Origin: Haliotis cracherodii
Taxonomy: Eukaryota
Direction of reading: 5' to 3'
Length of the DNA stretch: 64,000 nt
Assembly (NCBI RefSeq): GCF_022045235.1
Contig: NW_027266270.1
Location: 15,004,001-15,068,000, forward strand
Numbering within the stretch: position 1 is the first letter of the stretch; each line of letters begins with the position of its first letter. The notes beneath the pieces are model-generated. The model searched no databases and was not told the DNA's origin. It saw only the letters and a list, made by a program, of their open reading frames with translations. This document shows, in pieces, positions 26,716-38,863 of the stretch. A program made the translations under genes and the position numbers.

Positions 26716-26868
26716 GTGAGTGAGTGAGTTTGGAATTACACCGCTTTAGCAATTTTCCAGCAATATCACGGCAGGGGACACCATAAATGGGTTTTACACA
26801 TTGTACCCATGTCGGGAATCGAACCCGGGTGCTTCGGCGTGACGAGCGAACGCTTTAACCTCAAGGCT
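26716..26868 (-). mobile_element. Short tRNA-derived SINE family D
   Basis: Reverse complement matches 37129-37292 (GGTTAAAGCGTTCGCTCGTCACGCCGAAG..GGTTCGATTCCCGACATGGG). Confidence 0.85.
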
Positions 26869-29667
26869 TTTCTTTCACCATTGCATGTATTGGGTATCCA
26901 CTTTGGAGATAAGACTGAAGTGGAACAAAAGGTCCGATAAATATAATGATATTCATGGAGGCGTTTCACTAATATTTGAACGTCAGAAAGATAGTCTTTG
27001 ATTTGCTCTGGAGAAGAATATGTAGGCAACGACAGTACAAACAGTACATTTTGTGTCACGGAGTTTCTCATAATATGTTTTACACTTTCACTCATTTAAG
27101 CTATGCTCATGTATATAATCTTGCCATTAATCAAACTCATGCAAGCCAGAGACAGAAAAGTTCCATAAATGTTAAGAGCAATATTTCGAAGTTTTTAGTA
27201 CTTTTACAGCTTGACATTTCCATAGGCACGAAAAGATTCGCTGGAAATGTATGTCGTCGTTAATATTTCCAGTTATAAGTAGTCTCCTGTTTTAAAAAGA
27301 ACAGAAATCGCGATTCTGTCGTAAACATTACATAAAACATAAACATCACAGTAATTATTATGCAGGGGAGCACATTGTAAATAATCATTTTTAATGAATA
27401 TCGAGTCTATAAACTTGGTTATCAAGAGAGCGTATACAGATTAGATTTTTCGAAATGTTAATCATTTGACGAGATAAAAACACTGGCACTGGCAGTCACA
27501 ACAATTACCATCAGATGTCAAAACAATGATAAAAACTAACACTCAGTCAAGTGTCACCAAAGTATGTTTATTCTTATCACGATGTGCTGCACGGTGATTA
27601 CACGCTTAATCCTTCATGGGACAAATGGTGCATATAAGGTCATGGATCTATGACGTCACGTGTGATGCGTTCATGAGTGTAGGATCACGCAACGTAGGTT
27701 TGTGCATCGAAACAATCTAATATTTCTTGAATTTGAGTAATTCTTTTTTCAGGACCACCGACACACTAAGGAATTGTAAATAAACATGAACAGACTTCGT
27801 TGGGTGTTTAATGACGTCTCAGGTATTTCATCCATGGCTCTCAGTGCCAATACAATCTCATCTCTGTTTATTGGAGGATAGCGACGAAATCAGATTCTCT
27901 GGTCACGTCGGTAGATCCGTGTTCTAACGTCCACTCTGAAAAGATGGACCCTGCTCTCACCAGAAAAGAACACACGTTGCCAGTACCGACGTTGTCAACG
28001 TCGAACTGGACGTGCCATACGAAAACGCTGAAGTGGTGTATCGTCAACGTCATTCCGCCGAATGGTCGATATGCTTTGATACCATACATGCTGTCGTAAT
28101 CTGCGCCATACTAACCTTGCCTTGTTATCAGGTGTTATCATGTTATGGTCGGAATCGTACAATCGACTCTGTTTTTGGCAGAGTTTTCTTGTGAATATGG
28201 GAAGAGTTTTGCTGCTTTTATTGACGCTTTTACGATGACCTCATGTTGCCATGGCATATTTTTTGTACCCTCATGTATCATGCTTCTCGTTAAATGAGAA
28301 TTTGCTGTATGAAGTCATTTTGATGTGTAACATCGCCCAATAGTTTAATTAGTTAATTAGTCGAACTATACTGGAACGTATCGAACCTTAAATGAACGTA
28401 AATTGTGTTTATTTCTGAAAATAATGTTTTGGTGTACTTGCTGTGATCGTCAGTTTATCAGTTGAGCACAGAATGACAACCTTGACCCGTATGGAATCAA
28501 TATAACGTCGACTGGAAAATATGTACAGGCTACCTGATAAACATCTTCAATAATTTAATTACAAGAACAGCAATTTACAATATCAAAATATTTGTTCGGT
28601 TTGACGTTATCTTTGATCATCCACGTATCAGTTTACAGGAAGCATGATTCAAATACCCTACAATCATGATCATAATTAGACAGCATGCCGTCCATACTCA
28701 AATAATGGCCTGGTATATAAGATGTGATCATTTTATATTATGATATCGTTGTTTATCACGAAATTCTATACAATGATGGTGAACTCTACAATTAGCAATT
28801 CCAGACTGCACGATCTGATAAAGACAATGTATCCTGCTTACTGTAAAAGCTTGCGCTGCGTATCGCCTGCGGAGGACGTTGGAATTGAGCATGTACATTA
28901 ATAGTGAGGTCTGCACTGGTTTTTTTTCTTGAGTCTACTTGAAACTATTATGGCTGTTGTGGGCACGCTAAAGAAAAGTTATGCAAGGATTCAGTTTGGA
29001 CTACTCGTGTGTCGGTTAATAATGAGAAATGCGACAATAGGAATTGACAAATGAATTTGCAAATGTAACTGTTTGCCTGCTATTGTGTAATCCAATACAA
29101 AGGCTCACGCGTATGTAGTTCAGAGCATTGGCATGGCATAGATATGATATTTGAATACAACTAGTAGATCTAGAGTATTGAGGTCTGACAAAGACTATGG
29201 ATTTCACAACATGGGGAGAAGGTATACTCGTGTTAATATATAAGTTCTGCCGAAACAGATTGCATAAAAGAAAAAAAATCCTTAAAAGGAAAAATAGGGA
29301 TGGTCATTGTATAAATGGATCACTGAGAATCAGTGATGACACCAGGTGTTCGCGAAATCCTGCTCTACCCATAGCAGTTGCCACTCTCCTGTTTGATGCC
29401 TGACACAAACGATTCTTGACCAGACAATCAAGTGATAGACTTGACAATCAAGAAACACTAAATCGCATTTACTAATTTTGTTGAAACTTAAAACGACAGG
29501 TTAATCTTGAATTGCGTCTGTTGTGTACAAGTGCAGACTTTGTGCTGCTTATAAATACGAAAAAAAGGAAACGTTTAATGTGTTCATTTTGCACACAGTG
29601 GCAGTTTTAAACTCATGACCCAAACATTTACATTGTAATGCGTTTATAAACGCTTTTGACCTTTTGG

Positions 29668-29919
29668 GTGAGTGAGTGAGTTGAGTATTATCGCCACTTT
29701 AAACAATATTCCAGTTATATCGCGGCGTGTCAGCTTAATGTGGGAGGAAAGCCCGAAGTTATGTAGGTCTCAGACGTTCACCACTTCGGTGAACATAATC
29801 ACCATAAACGGGACAAACCGGGATTCGAACCCACAATCATAGGTTTCTGGCGTGCCCAAGGGACGCAAGTCTGCACAGCGAATCGCATCGCCTTAGACGA
29901 CTGGGCCATCCGTGCCCCC
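29668..29919 (-). mobile_element. SINE family C (internal deletion)
   Basis: Near-identical to 5573-5852. Confidence 0.88.
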
Positions 29920-30068
29920 TCTGGGCTTATGCAGAAACTCGGGGACTTCACCCCACCAGCATTGTGTCCGGTCGCGGAGATAGCGAGTGTGTGCTTGACT
30001 ACAACCGTGATACTACCCAGTTTTAGGTAATATTTCACAATCTAGCGTTGGGGTGGTATTGTGGTGTA

Positions 30069-30352
30069 GGGGGCACGGGTGGCCCAGTCGTCTAAGGCGC
30101 CGCGATTCGCTGTGCAGAATTGCCTTCCTTAGGCACGCCAGAAACCTATGACTGTGGGTTCGAATCCCGGTTCGCACCGATTATGTTTCTAGGTTTGTCA
30201 GCACCATACCCGTGCTCGTGGGTTTCACCGAAGTGGTAAACGTCTAAGACCTGCATCACTTCGGGCTTTCCTCCCACATTAAGCTGACACGCCGTGATAT
30301 AACTGGAATAATGTTAAAAGCGGCGTTAAACCCAACTCACTCACTCACTCAC
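30069..30352 (+). mobile_element. SINE family C, full length, nested in the head of an older family D copy (~30049-30495)
   Basis: TSD TATTGTGGTGTAGG (30057-30070, 30353-30366; the last GG overlaps the G-run at the element start); family D sequence GCTCGTCACGCTGAA resumes after the TSD. Confidence 0.92.
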
Positions 30353-31036
30353 TATTGTGGTGTAGGTGTTTGCTCGTCACGCTGAAAGAACAAGTTCGAT
30401 ACCTCTCATGAATACTATGTATGAAGTCCAATTTTGGTGCCCCCCCCCCGCCGTGATATTGCTGACATATTGCTAAAACCATACTCACTCATTCACAAAT
30501 ATGGTTATCTAAATTCTTGGTGTCCATGTGATTGACACAGCCATCGTATTGACGGAATATTCCTTGAGCGCGCGTGAAACAATATATTCCAAAGATATTG
30601 TGAGGCACACTCTACATTTATGTTAAACTGCATGTATTCCGAAAATGTTTTCCCTGATAATACATATTTCACAAGCAGAAGGACTCGTGTTTCAGTAATC
30701 TGATTGCTTATATTTCACAATATGCTTTATGCTGCAGTAATCTGAACATGAGTGTCACATAGACACATAAGATTGTCGATAGAAATAATGAAACTGTCTA
30801 TTTTCATAGGAATTTCGTCTCAGTTTGCAATGTCGGAGGTCTTGTTAACAATATGTGACGTATTGTGTTCTCTAAAGACACATGCAATGTTTTTGAAGGT
30901 CAACTTGAACAGCAATCAGTATGTGATACCGCTGCAGGAATTTACTGAAAATATAATCTGACACTTGAGAATAACCAATCTTGATTATCCGGCGAAGCAG
31001 ATCCCACAGGGGAAATACAACCTCAAAATAGCTGTG

Positions 31037-31309
31037 TTTTGTGTGTTGCGTTTGTTTCTTAACACAGCACTCAGCAATATTCCAGCTATATAACGGCGGT
31101 TTGTAAATAATCGAGTCTGGACCAAACAAACCAGTGATTGATATCATGAGCATCGATCTTCGCAATTGGGATACGATGACATGCATCAACCAAGTCAGCG
31201 TGCCTGATCACCCGATCTCGTGAGTCGACTCTTACGATCAGCATAGTCGCCTCTTTCGACAAGCATGGGATGCTGAAGACCAATTAATTCTAACCCGGAT
31301 CTTCACGGG
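31037..31309 (-). mobile_element. Short retroposon family A
   Basis: Flanked by AAAA(T/A)AGCTGTG repeats; ends CTTCACGGG. Confidence 0.88.
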
Positions 31310-32981
31310 TTAAAAAAAGCTGTGCAGATTATGTGTATGGATCACTGAAAATTATCATGACACCAACTGTTCGCAACCTATTTCCTGAAATTGTCACCAA
31401 CATGGCAAAAAGACAACTGCAATGCAGTTACTTCAGTTTGTAATGTTTATTGTAGAGACACCCTGTCTGGCTTGTGATATGTAAATGTTGACATCGATGC
31501 ATTGTTTTATCAAACAGATAATACAGGGGTGTGTCCAAAAAATATCAAAATTCTCTCTCAACATAATTTTGCTGCCTACAACAAGGGTGGGTGGTCCGGA
31601 TCCGCCTATGTATAAGACCAGCATTACTTCGGACTATCCTCCAAAATCAAGCAGACAAGCCGTGATGTGACCGAAATAATTTTCAAGGCGCCGTTAAACA
31701 AACTCACCCATACACTCAAAATGTGGATGGGGACAATAACACACAACAAGGAAATCTTTTTACATCAAAAACACTGCGTTTACATTCCTATTTACATGTG
31801 GACAAGATTTTCATGCTGGGAGATATAGAATTGCAAATACAAATGTATATATGGTCTCTTTCTGCATGGTCATTTGCGGCAGCATAGCTGCCATAACTCC
31901 CGTTAGTTAGTTCAGATTAGCGATACAGATATGCTACATTCTACCTTCTAAGTAAAACCCATGGTAGATATTGAGATTCCTGATCTCTGACGCACACGTC
32001 AGGAATATCACCAGCTTACCTAGTGGTCTAAGTCACAGTTATTCGTTGTGCAGAGTAGCGCCCATTGCCGTGCAAGGATCCCTTGTGTGCGTTCGAGTCT
32101 AATATTAAGCCCTTTTTATCTTGTTAGCTGGTACATCAGCATCATACCCGTCTGGGGAGGGTTGGACATTTTTGTTTGATTGATTATCTTACGCAGCAGG
32201 AACCTATATTCAAGCTAGATCTTGGCGGCCTGAAATAACTGTGTCTGAGCTCGACAAATAAGATACAATCTACTCGCTTTGGACAACAAGCAGTAGAGTG
32301 TAGGGTCCTATTCCAACTCGGGTTGTTAATCTCGCCTCACTCTTTCACTGCACTTAAATCCCCTATCATGGCTAAAAAGATAGCATTCATCATTCTTGCC
32401 GACAGGATGCCTTGCTTCGGTATTAGAGCTAGTTTTAAGTCTCAGAGATTTATCTCGATTAGGGATGGGTGGGTTAAAGGTTTTAAGTACTACATGTCCA
32501 GTAAATAACGACCCACCCCTATATGTGTATCATGTTTTGGATTACCCTCCCCATGTCCTTATACATTTTTTCATGACCCTCACTGAAAAGAACAAAATGC
32601 AAAAGCACTGATATATATATAATGTAATTTTTTCAGCTTTACGGAATCTCCTAAGCGAAGAAAATACTGCCTAATATCTGCACGACTTAAATGTGTATGA
32701 AATAGATTTTTATCCTTATGTGTAGCGTCATATATTCAATAAAGAAAACCCAGCCTGCCGTAAATGACGAAAACTGATTTTGAGGTGAGGTTGCTCACGT
32801 AAACATTAAAGGTTGCAGAACACCTCTATACTTAGCACTAGTTCATTGTTATTCAGGTCACATGGTGAGAATCAGCTTTGGATAAGGACAATCTACTTTC
32901 GGGGTGCTTTCACGAGAAACCAGAGTATGCCGACACATATTGAAACTGTATACGTTTATGTGTTAAAAAACGTCATAAGAA

Positions 32982-34886
32982 ATGATGAAATCGTGCTTCA
33001 TAAAAATAGAAGTAACAGCTTTATTTCAATCACGTGTTCAGTCAGCAGCACATGCAGAGAGGCAAGAAGCACGTGCTGGTGCAAGTGCCAGCTATAAATA
33101 TATGTGGGACACTGACAAGCTGTCTGATGTTAGTGACAACCTTATGTCACCAGGTATTTTAAATATGTTAATGTCATGCTCTGACGTCGGTATGACTGAT
33201 ATTGATGAAGCTATAGACAAACTTACCACAGCTATATGCTCCGCAGCTGACGGCATGAAAAGGGATCTGTTCATAAAACCGAAGTCACAACCTTGGTATT
33301 ATAAGGAATGTGTTTACTCCAGGATGGAAAGAGATAGATTTTTGAAAGTATTCAGACAACTCAGGGACAATATATCTCTTCAGAACTTTATTACAGCCCG
33401 TAATCTGTACACAACTATTCTCAGGAACAAAAAGAGACTTTATGCTGAGAAGATTAGAGTTAAATTATTGTCAAACATTAATAATGCTAAAGATTTTTGG
33501 AGAATATTGAGAGATTGTTCATCATCTAATAATAATATATCCCCTATATCTACGAGTATGTGGTATGAGCATTTTAATGATTTGTTTAATAGTTCTGTTT
33601 ATTCGACAGGCCCACATGAAGATGATGGTGAAGTTGACAATGAGTGTTTTGATGACGTTGTTGAACCATGTGTAAATACCTTAACTGATGATGTCTCTAA
33701 GAATATTTTAGATTCACCTATCTCCCGAGAGGAAATATTAAAAGCAATTTCACAGCTTAAATGTTCAAAGTCTGCAGGGTTGGATCATTTAATACCAGAG
33801 TTCTTTGTGGCTGCTCAGGATATTTTAGTCCCATATATTGAACTTGTCTTCAATATTATTTTTGACACAGGTAGTTTTCCACAATCTTGGTGTACTGGCA
33901 TAATAATTCCAATACATAAGAAAGGTGATACCTCCCTACCCAATAATTATAGAGGAATAACTTTATTGAGTGTATTTAGTAAACTTTATACTTCAATTTT
34001 AAATAACAGGCTATCCTTTTGGTCCAGTGCATATGATAAAATTGTGGAATCCCAAGCAGGTTTTCGGAAAGAATACAGTACAATAGACAACATTTATATT
34101 TTACAAGCAGTCATTCAGCGTTATTTAGCAAAAAAGCATGGCAAAATTTATGCATTATTTGTAGATTTTAAAAAGGCTTTTGACCTTGTTGATCGGTCTA
34201 AATTGTGGTCTACATTAATGCAGCAGAGTGTATCCACCAAGTTTATACTTTCTTTAAAGTCTATATATAAGCGTGTTAAGGCTAGTGTAAGGTCAAATAA
34301 TATTTTCTCTGAAGAATTTTATTGTCCTCTTGGCTTAAGGCAGGGATGCGTCTTAAGTCCATTATTATTTTCTATGCTTATAAATGAGTTGGCAATGGAT
34401 ATCGAATTACCTTGTTCAAGAGGAATACAGCTTCATCCTGAACTTAAACTATTTTTGTTATTATTTGCAGATGATGTTGTTTTGCTTTCTGACACTGTAT
34501 ATGGTCTTCAGAAACGTATTGATACGCTAAAATATTTTTGTGATACCTACCATTTGTATGTTAATCTGGAAAAAACTAAGGTCATTGTTTTTAAAAAAGG
34601 TGGTGTTTTATCAAAGTATGAGAAATGGAATTTTGATGGTTCCAGTCTTGAGTGTGTAACCTCGTACAAATATTTAGGTTTATCTTTTACAAGAATTTTA
34701 TCATGGGGTAAACATGTTAAGGTTGCAGCACTACAGGCTAAGAAAGTATTATGTGGCATACTGAAATCTCTGTCCAACTTTACGCCCATACCCTTTGATT
34801 TATTTTTAAAAATATTTGATACCAAAATTAGCCCAATTTTGCTATATGGAGCAGAAATATTGGGTCTGAGTCCTGAATTTTTTTAA
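32982..34886 (+). pseudogene. LINE ORF2 reverse transcriptase region (the ATG lies in flanking DNA; frameshift at ~34880)
   Basis: Motifs PIHKKGD, NYRGITLL, QAGFR, FVDFKKAFD, GLRQGCVLSPLLF, LFADD, YKYLG. Confidence 0.92.
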
Positions 34887-35749
34887 TGATATTGAAAGTA
34901 TCCACATGATGGCATGTAAGCGCTTTTTAGGTGTTAAGGTCTCCACCTCAAATCACGTTATAAGAGGTGAATGTGGCCGATATCCTCTATACATTTATGC
35001 TTATAAAAGAGTTGTTAAATATTGGTGCAAAATTTTGAAAATGCCAGAATCTAGATATGTAAAGAAATGCTATAATATGCAACTGCAAGCTGTAGGTAAT
35101 GGTAAAGTAAACTGGGTTTCCCAAATTAGACACATCATCGTGTCAACAGGATTTGGTTTTATATGGGATCAACAGTGTGTTGCAAATATACCTTTGTTTT
35201 TAAAGGATTTGTTTGTGAGGCTAAAATTATCGTACCAACAAGACTTGCATTCAGCTATACGTGAAAGTTCGAAATCATATTATTATTCTTTGTATAAGCA
35301 AACATTTGGTGTTGAAATGTATATCACAAGGCTATCATGCGATACATTTAGAAGTATTATGGCTCGTTTCAGATGTAGTTCTCATCATCTAAGAATTGAA
35401 TCAGGTAGACATAATAAGGAACCTAGAGAAGAAAGCGTTTGTACTGTTTGTAAACATGATTATATCGAAGATGAGTTTCACTTTATTTTAATTTGTGATT
35501 GTTATCAAGTTTTGAGGTCAGAATATATATCCTTGAATTATTATGAGTTCCCGACAAGACATAAGTACAATATTCTAATGTCATCCACCAACCCATTTAC
35601 TGTTAAGAAACTAGCCATGCATATTCTAAAAGCTATGAATCTAAGGCAAAGTCTGTTAGGATCTCCAACTCCCATCACCACACTGTAACCATTGTATCAT
35701 GGGCCTATGCCCTACAATACATCTGAGTAAAGTGTATATTAACACTGAG
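33020..35749 (+). mobile_element. 5'-truncated non-LTR retrotransposon (RTE-X-like LINE)
   Basis: TSD GTAACAGC (33012-33019, 35750-35757); the interrupted host repeat resumes after it; RT domain and C-terminal Cys/His motif; no endonuclease domain present. Confidence 0.9.
34906..35688 (+). pseudogene. LINE ORF2 C-terminal region
   Basis: RCSSHHLRIESGR..CTVC..EDEFHFILIC..Y..LR zinc-knuckle-like motif; continues the upstream ORF across a frameshift in a T run. Confidence 0.88.
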
Positions 35750-37128
35750 GTAACAGCGAAATTGATTTCTCTATCTAACCTATAAATTTGTCCTGAGATT
35801 TAAGATTCTTTTGATTTTGCAAGGGTAACGTGACTAACATTGCACGGTTATTAATGGAGCTTTGTCCTTTTCATCACAATTAATGAATTTCTACAAAATG
35901 ACACGGATTTATTTGACGTCCTGGCTAGTTTTATGTCTTTTGAAAGACGAACATTGGTTTTTTGATTATTACATATATCTCCCCTAATGTTTGTTCATGG
36001 TATGACACATTTCGATGTGTTTTCGGAATTTGACGCTTTTTCGACTCAACATACAATGACTACTATTACCATGTACATACTGGTAATGTCTTGACTTGAT
36101 AAACATTTAGATAGTTTACTGTGTATCTTAACTGGACAAGACATGCACCTATCTGGCATCAATTTTACCTTATCTAATATCCAAAAGAATATTTCAAAAG
36201 AAACAAAATCATATTCTGTATTTGACATGTATTTGTTCATTATTATGTGATAAGTTCTCATTTTCTCGTCTCAGAATTGTACAATAAAAGATGCGAAGAA
36301 AGCTTCTTTGGGATAGAATTATCAGGATAATACGGTTCGACCAACAAGGTACACGGTTTATATTTTTATACTTTTTACTTTATACAATTCTTGGAGAAAA
36401 AAGTAAACAGTTTAATATCCTGTGATCACAATGTATAAACAAGGACGAACCCATTGATTATATAATACAAAACGAGAGGAATAATTCGTAAATCGAAATG
36501 GAAAATGTCCTCCACATGTCTACCATAAAACTATTAAAGCTTTACTGAGACTTCGGAAAACACAGAAAGCAAAATATATACAGTAAGATTGGAAGCAGGT
36601 GGCACAAGAGTCAGTCGTATTTCAAACTTCGTCGTTGTGTCATTTCACACCGTGAAAGCTGCTGTCGAACAATGTTGACAATTGTCAGTTGTAAGTAGAG
36701 GGCAATTTTCGAGTAGGGGCCGTGACCGATTATTTTTAAGGAATGGCCAGTTACGAGGACATTCCCTTACTTAAAACACATCTCTACTCTTACATGTAAA
36801 GATCAGCTCGCGACGGAGCACGTGCAACAGCAGCAGAGAACATAATCAACTCTCCATCCTAAAAATAATGGAGAGCTCAATCAGTAGAATGACGTCACAG
36901 ATGTGCATTAAGGAGGAGTATTGAAGTCGCAGGAGATAGAATAATTATGAAAGCAAAACATTTGGAAATCAATGTAACTAAAATTGAACTTAAAATGGTA
37001 TTTGCGACAGACATGAAAATGCTCCAAATTTTGCTGGAACTGGGCGGTTCAACCTATAACTACGCTTGTCCTTGGTGTAAGGCACACACGACAGACAGGT
37101 GGTGCACTGGCCACGACTTGATGTGTAA

Positions 37129-37292
37129 GGGGCGGTCGGGTAGCCTAGTGGTTAAAGCGTTCGCTCGTCACGCCGAAGACCCGCGTTCGATTCCCGACAT
37201 GGGTACAATGTGTGAAGCCCATTTCTGGTGTCCCCCGCCGTGATATTGCTGGAATATTGCTAAAAGCGGCGTAAAACCAAACTCACTCACTC
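37129..37292 (+). mobile_element. SINE family D, full length (tRNA-Asp-like head)
   Basis: 13-bp TSD ACTTGATGTGTAA (37116-37128, 37293-37305); A box TAGCCTAGTGG, B box GTTCGATTCC, GTC in the anticodon-like loop. Confidence 0.92.
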
Positions 37293-37432
37293 ACTTGATG
37301 TGTAACCACGACACCCTGGGACGATGTCAACAGGAGCTGGAGGTGCATGCTAATAAACTCCAGTTCCACTGCTTCATCTTGATGTGGATAATTTCGTCCC
37401 AGATGAGATGCCTCTCCTGTTCAGAATAACGG

Positions 37433-37703
37433 TTGGTTGGTTGGTTGGATTGTTGTTTAACGCCGCACTCAGCAATATTCCAGCTATATGACGGCGGTCT
37501 GTAAATAATCGAGTCTGGACCAGACAATCTAGTGATTAATATCATAAGCATCGATCCACGCAATTGGGATCGATGACATGCATCAACCAAGTCAGCGAGC
37601 CTGACCAGCCGATCCCGTTAGTCACCTTTTACGACAAGTATAGTCACCCTTTACGGAAAGCATGCGTTGCTGAAGACCTATTCTACCCCGGAATCTTCAT
37701 GGG
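37433..37703 (-). mobile_element. Short retroposon family A
   Basis: 13-bp TSD TTCAGAATAACGG (37420-37432, 37705-37717). Confidence 0.93.
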
Positions 37704-38231
37704 TTTCAGAATAACGGACGCCCTGAGGAGGAATCTCATTGATGAGACAAGAGTGAGAGGGATGCTCGTCTCAACTCACCACCCCCAGTTTCGCACCAAA
37801 TGTCACCTACTTGAAAATAGCTGTGGTCACATTGAGCATAAGTCATCATGTTGAAAAAGACAGTAATAAATATAGAAAAAACATGGTCATTTTTAATAAC
37901 TGGATGGATGTACATTTGAAAGACATAAAAATCTTACAGAATATCCTTCAATATTCTTGTCCCCAGAAAATACAATGGCCTGTCTCTAAGCCCTACTTTT
38001 AACAAACCCAAAATGACATTAAATTGGTGACTTTCGGCAACCCGAATATCCACAACAGCTCATTGTGTCAATCCAACAGGGAGCCAATTTAGAAGTGGAT
38101 TTTGGTACAGCAGTAAGACTATAATCCATTAAATGGGTTTGGGTGTTAGATATTTGGGTACTAAGGCTATGCTACAGTGTATTAGCTTAGTGCCGACTTG
38201 TGAGTGACTTGGGGGATGAACTCGCTTTGAA

Positions 38232-38671
38232 CAGTGTCTCAGTCATGACAAGCGGCCAACTTCGTGTAGGGAAAGGTCCGCAGTGATGTGTGTCTCAGAG
38301 ATGCGGCATTGTGGTGTAATCCCGCAGGGTCTGGCGCTGACGCATTGATTGTTAAGGTGATGTCAGATGACAAGCATCAGTGTCTCAGTCATGACAAGCG
38401 GCCAACTTCGTGTAGGGAAAGGTCCACAGTGATGTGTGTCTCAGAGATGCGGCATTGTGGTGTAATCCCGCAGGGTCTGGCGCTGACGCATTGATTGTTA
38501 GGGTGATGTCAGATGACAAGCATCAGTGTCTCAGTCATGACAAGCGGCCAACTTCGTGTAGGGAAAGGTCCACAGTGATGTGTGTCTCAGAGATGCGGCA
38601 TTGTGGTGTAATCCCGCAGGGTCTGGCGCTGACGCATTGATTGTTAGGGTGATGTCAGATGACAAGCATCA
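38232..38671 (+). repeat. 146-bp tandem repeat, 3 near-identical copies
   Basis: Units start CAGTGTCTCAGTCATGACAAGCGG at 38232, 38378 and 38524; single copy at the paralogous sites ~7012 and ~21743. Confidence 0.95.
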
Positions 38672-38863
38672 AGAACCTCTGCTTTATTATAGGATGTAGC
38701 ATAGGATTTTTATCCAATACGCATACTATTTTAAGTTGCAACGCCTTGAATACCACATAAATGAAATACAATCTGATCATGTCTTCCTTTGCTCATTTGT
38801 ACTTTTAAACAATTGTTCTCATTATCTATGAAAAGTGATGTCACAAGGTCCTTATTTTGCTCG

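Larger units (their letters stand above)
12781..27749 (+). repeat. Segmental tandem duplication unit 2 (~15 kb)
   Basis: Begins with the block TTTTCAG..GTAAATAAACATGAACAGACTTCGTTGGG (12777-12840), which recurs at 27745-27810; block order is co-linear with unit 1. Confidence 0.9.
36575..37760 (+). pseudogene. Degenerate DDE transposase of the RAG1/Transib/CMC-related type, interrupted by two SINEs
   Basis: VRLEAGGTRVSRISNFVVVSF (~36583); VFATDMKMLQILLELGGSTYNYACPWCK; PLLHLDVDNFVPDEMPLLFRIT|DALRRNLI rejoined across the 37433-37703 insertion. Confidence 0.7.
27750..38835 (+). repeat. Segmental tandem duplication unit 3 (partial, interrupted by a LINE and a transposase relic)
   Basis: 27750-29400 matches 12781-14480; 32070-32780 is nearly identical to 17820-18530; 37955-38830 matches 6770-7260 and 21475-22000. 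Confidence 0.85.

Noticed and set aside
37129-37205. tRNA-Asp gene (likewise the heads at 6123 and 30069)
   Set aside because: No proper acceptor stem; the sequence continues into a SINE body and tail and is flanked by TSDs.
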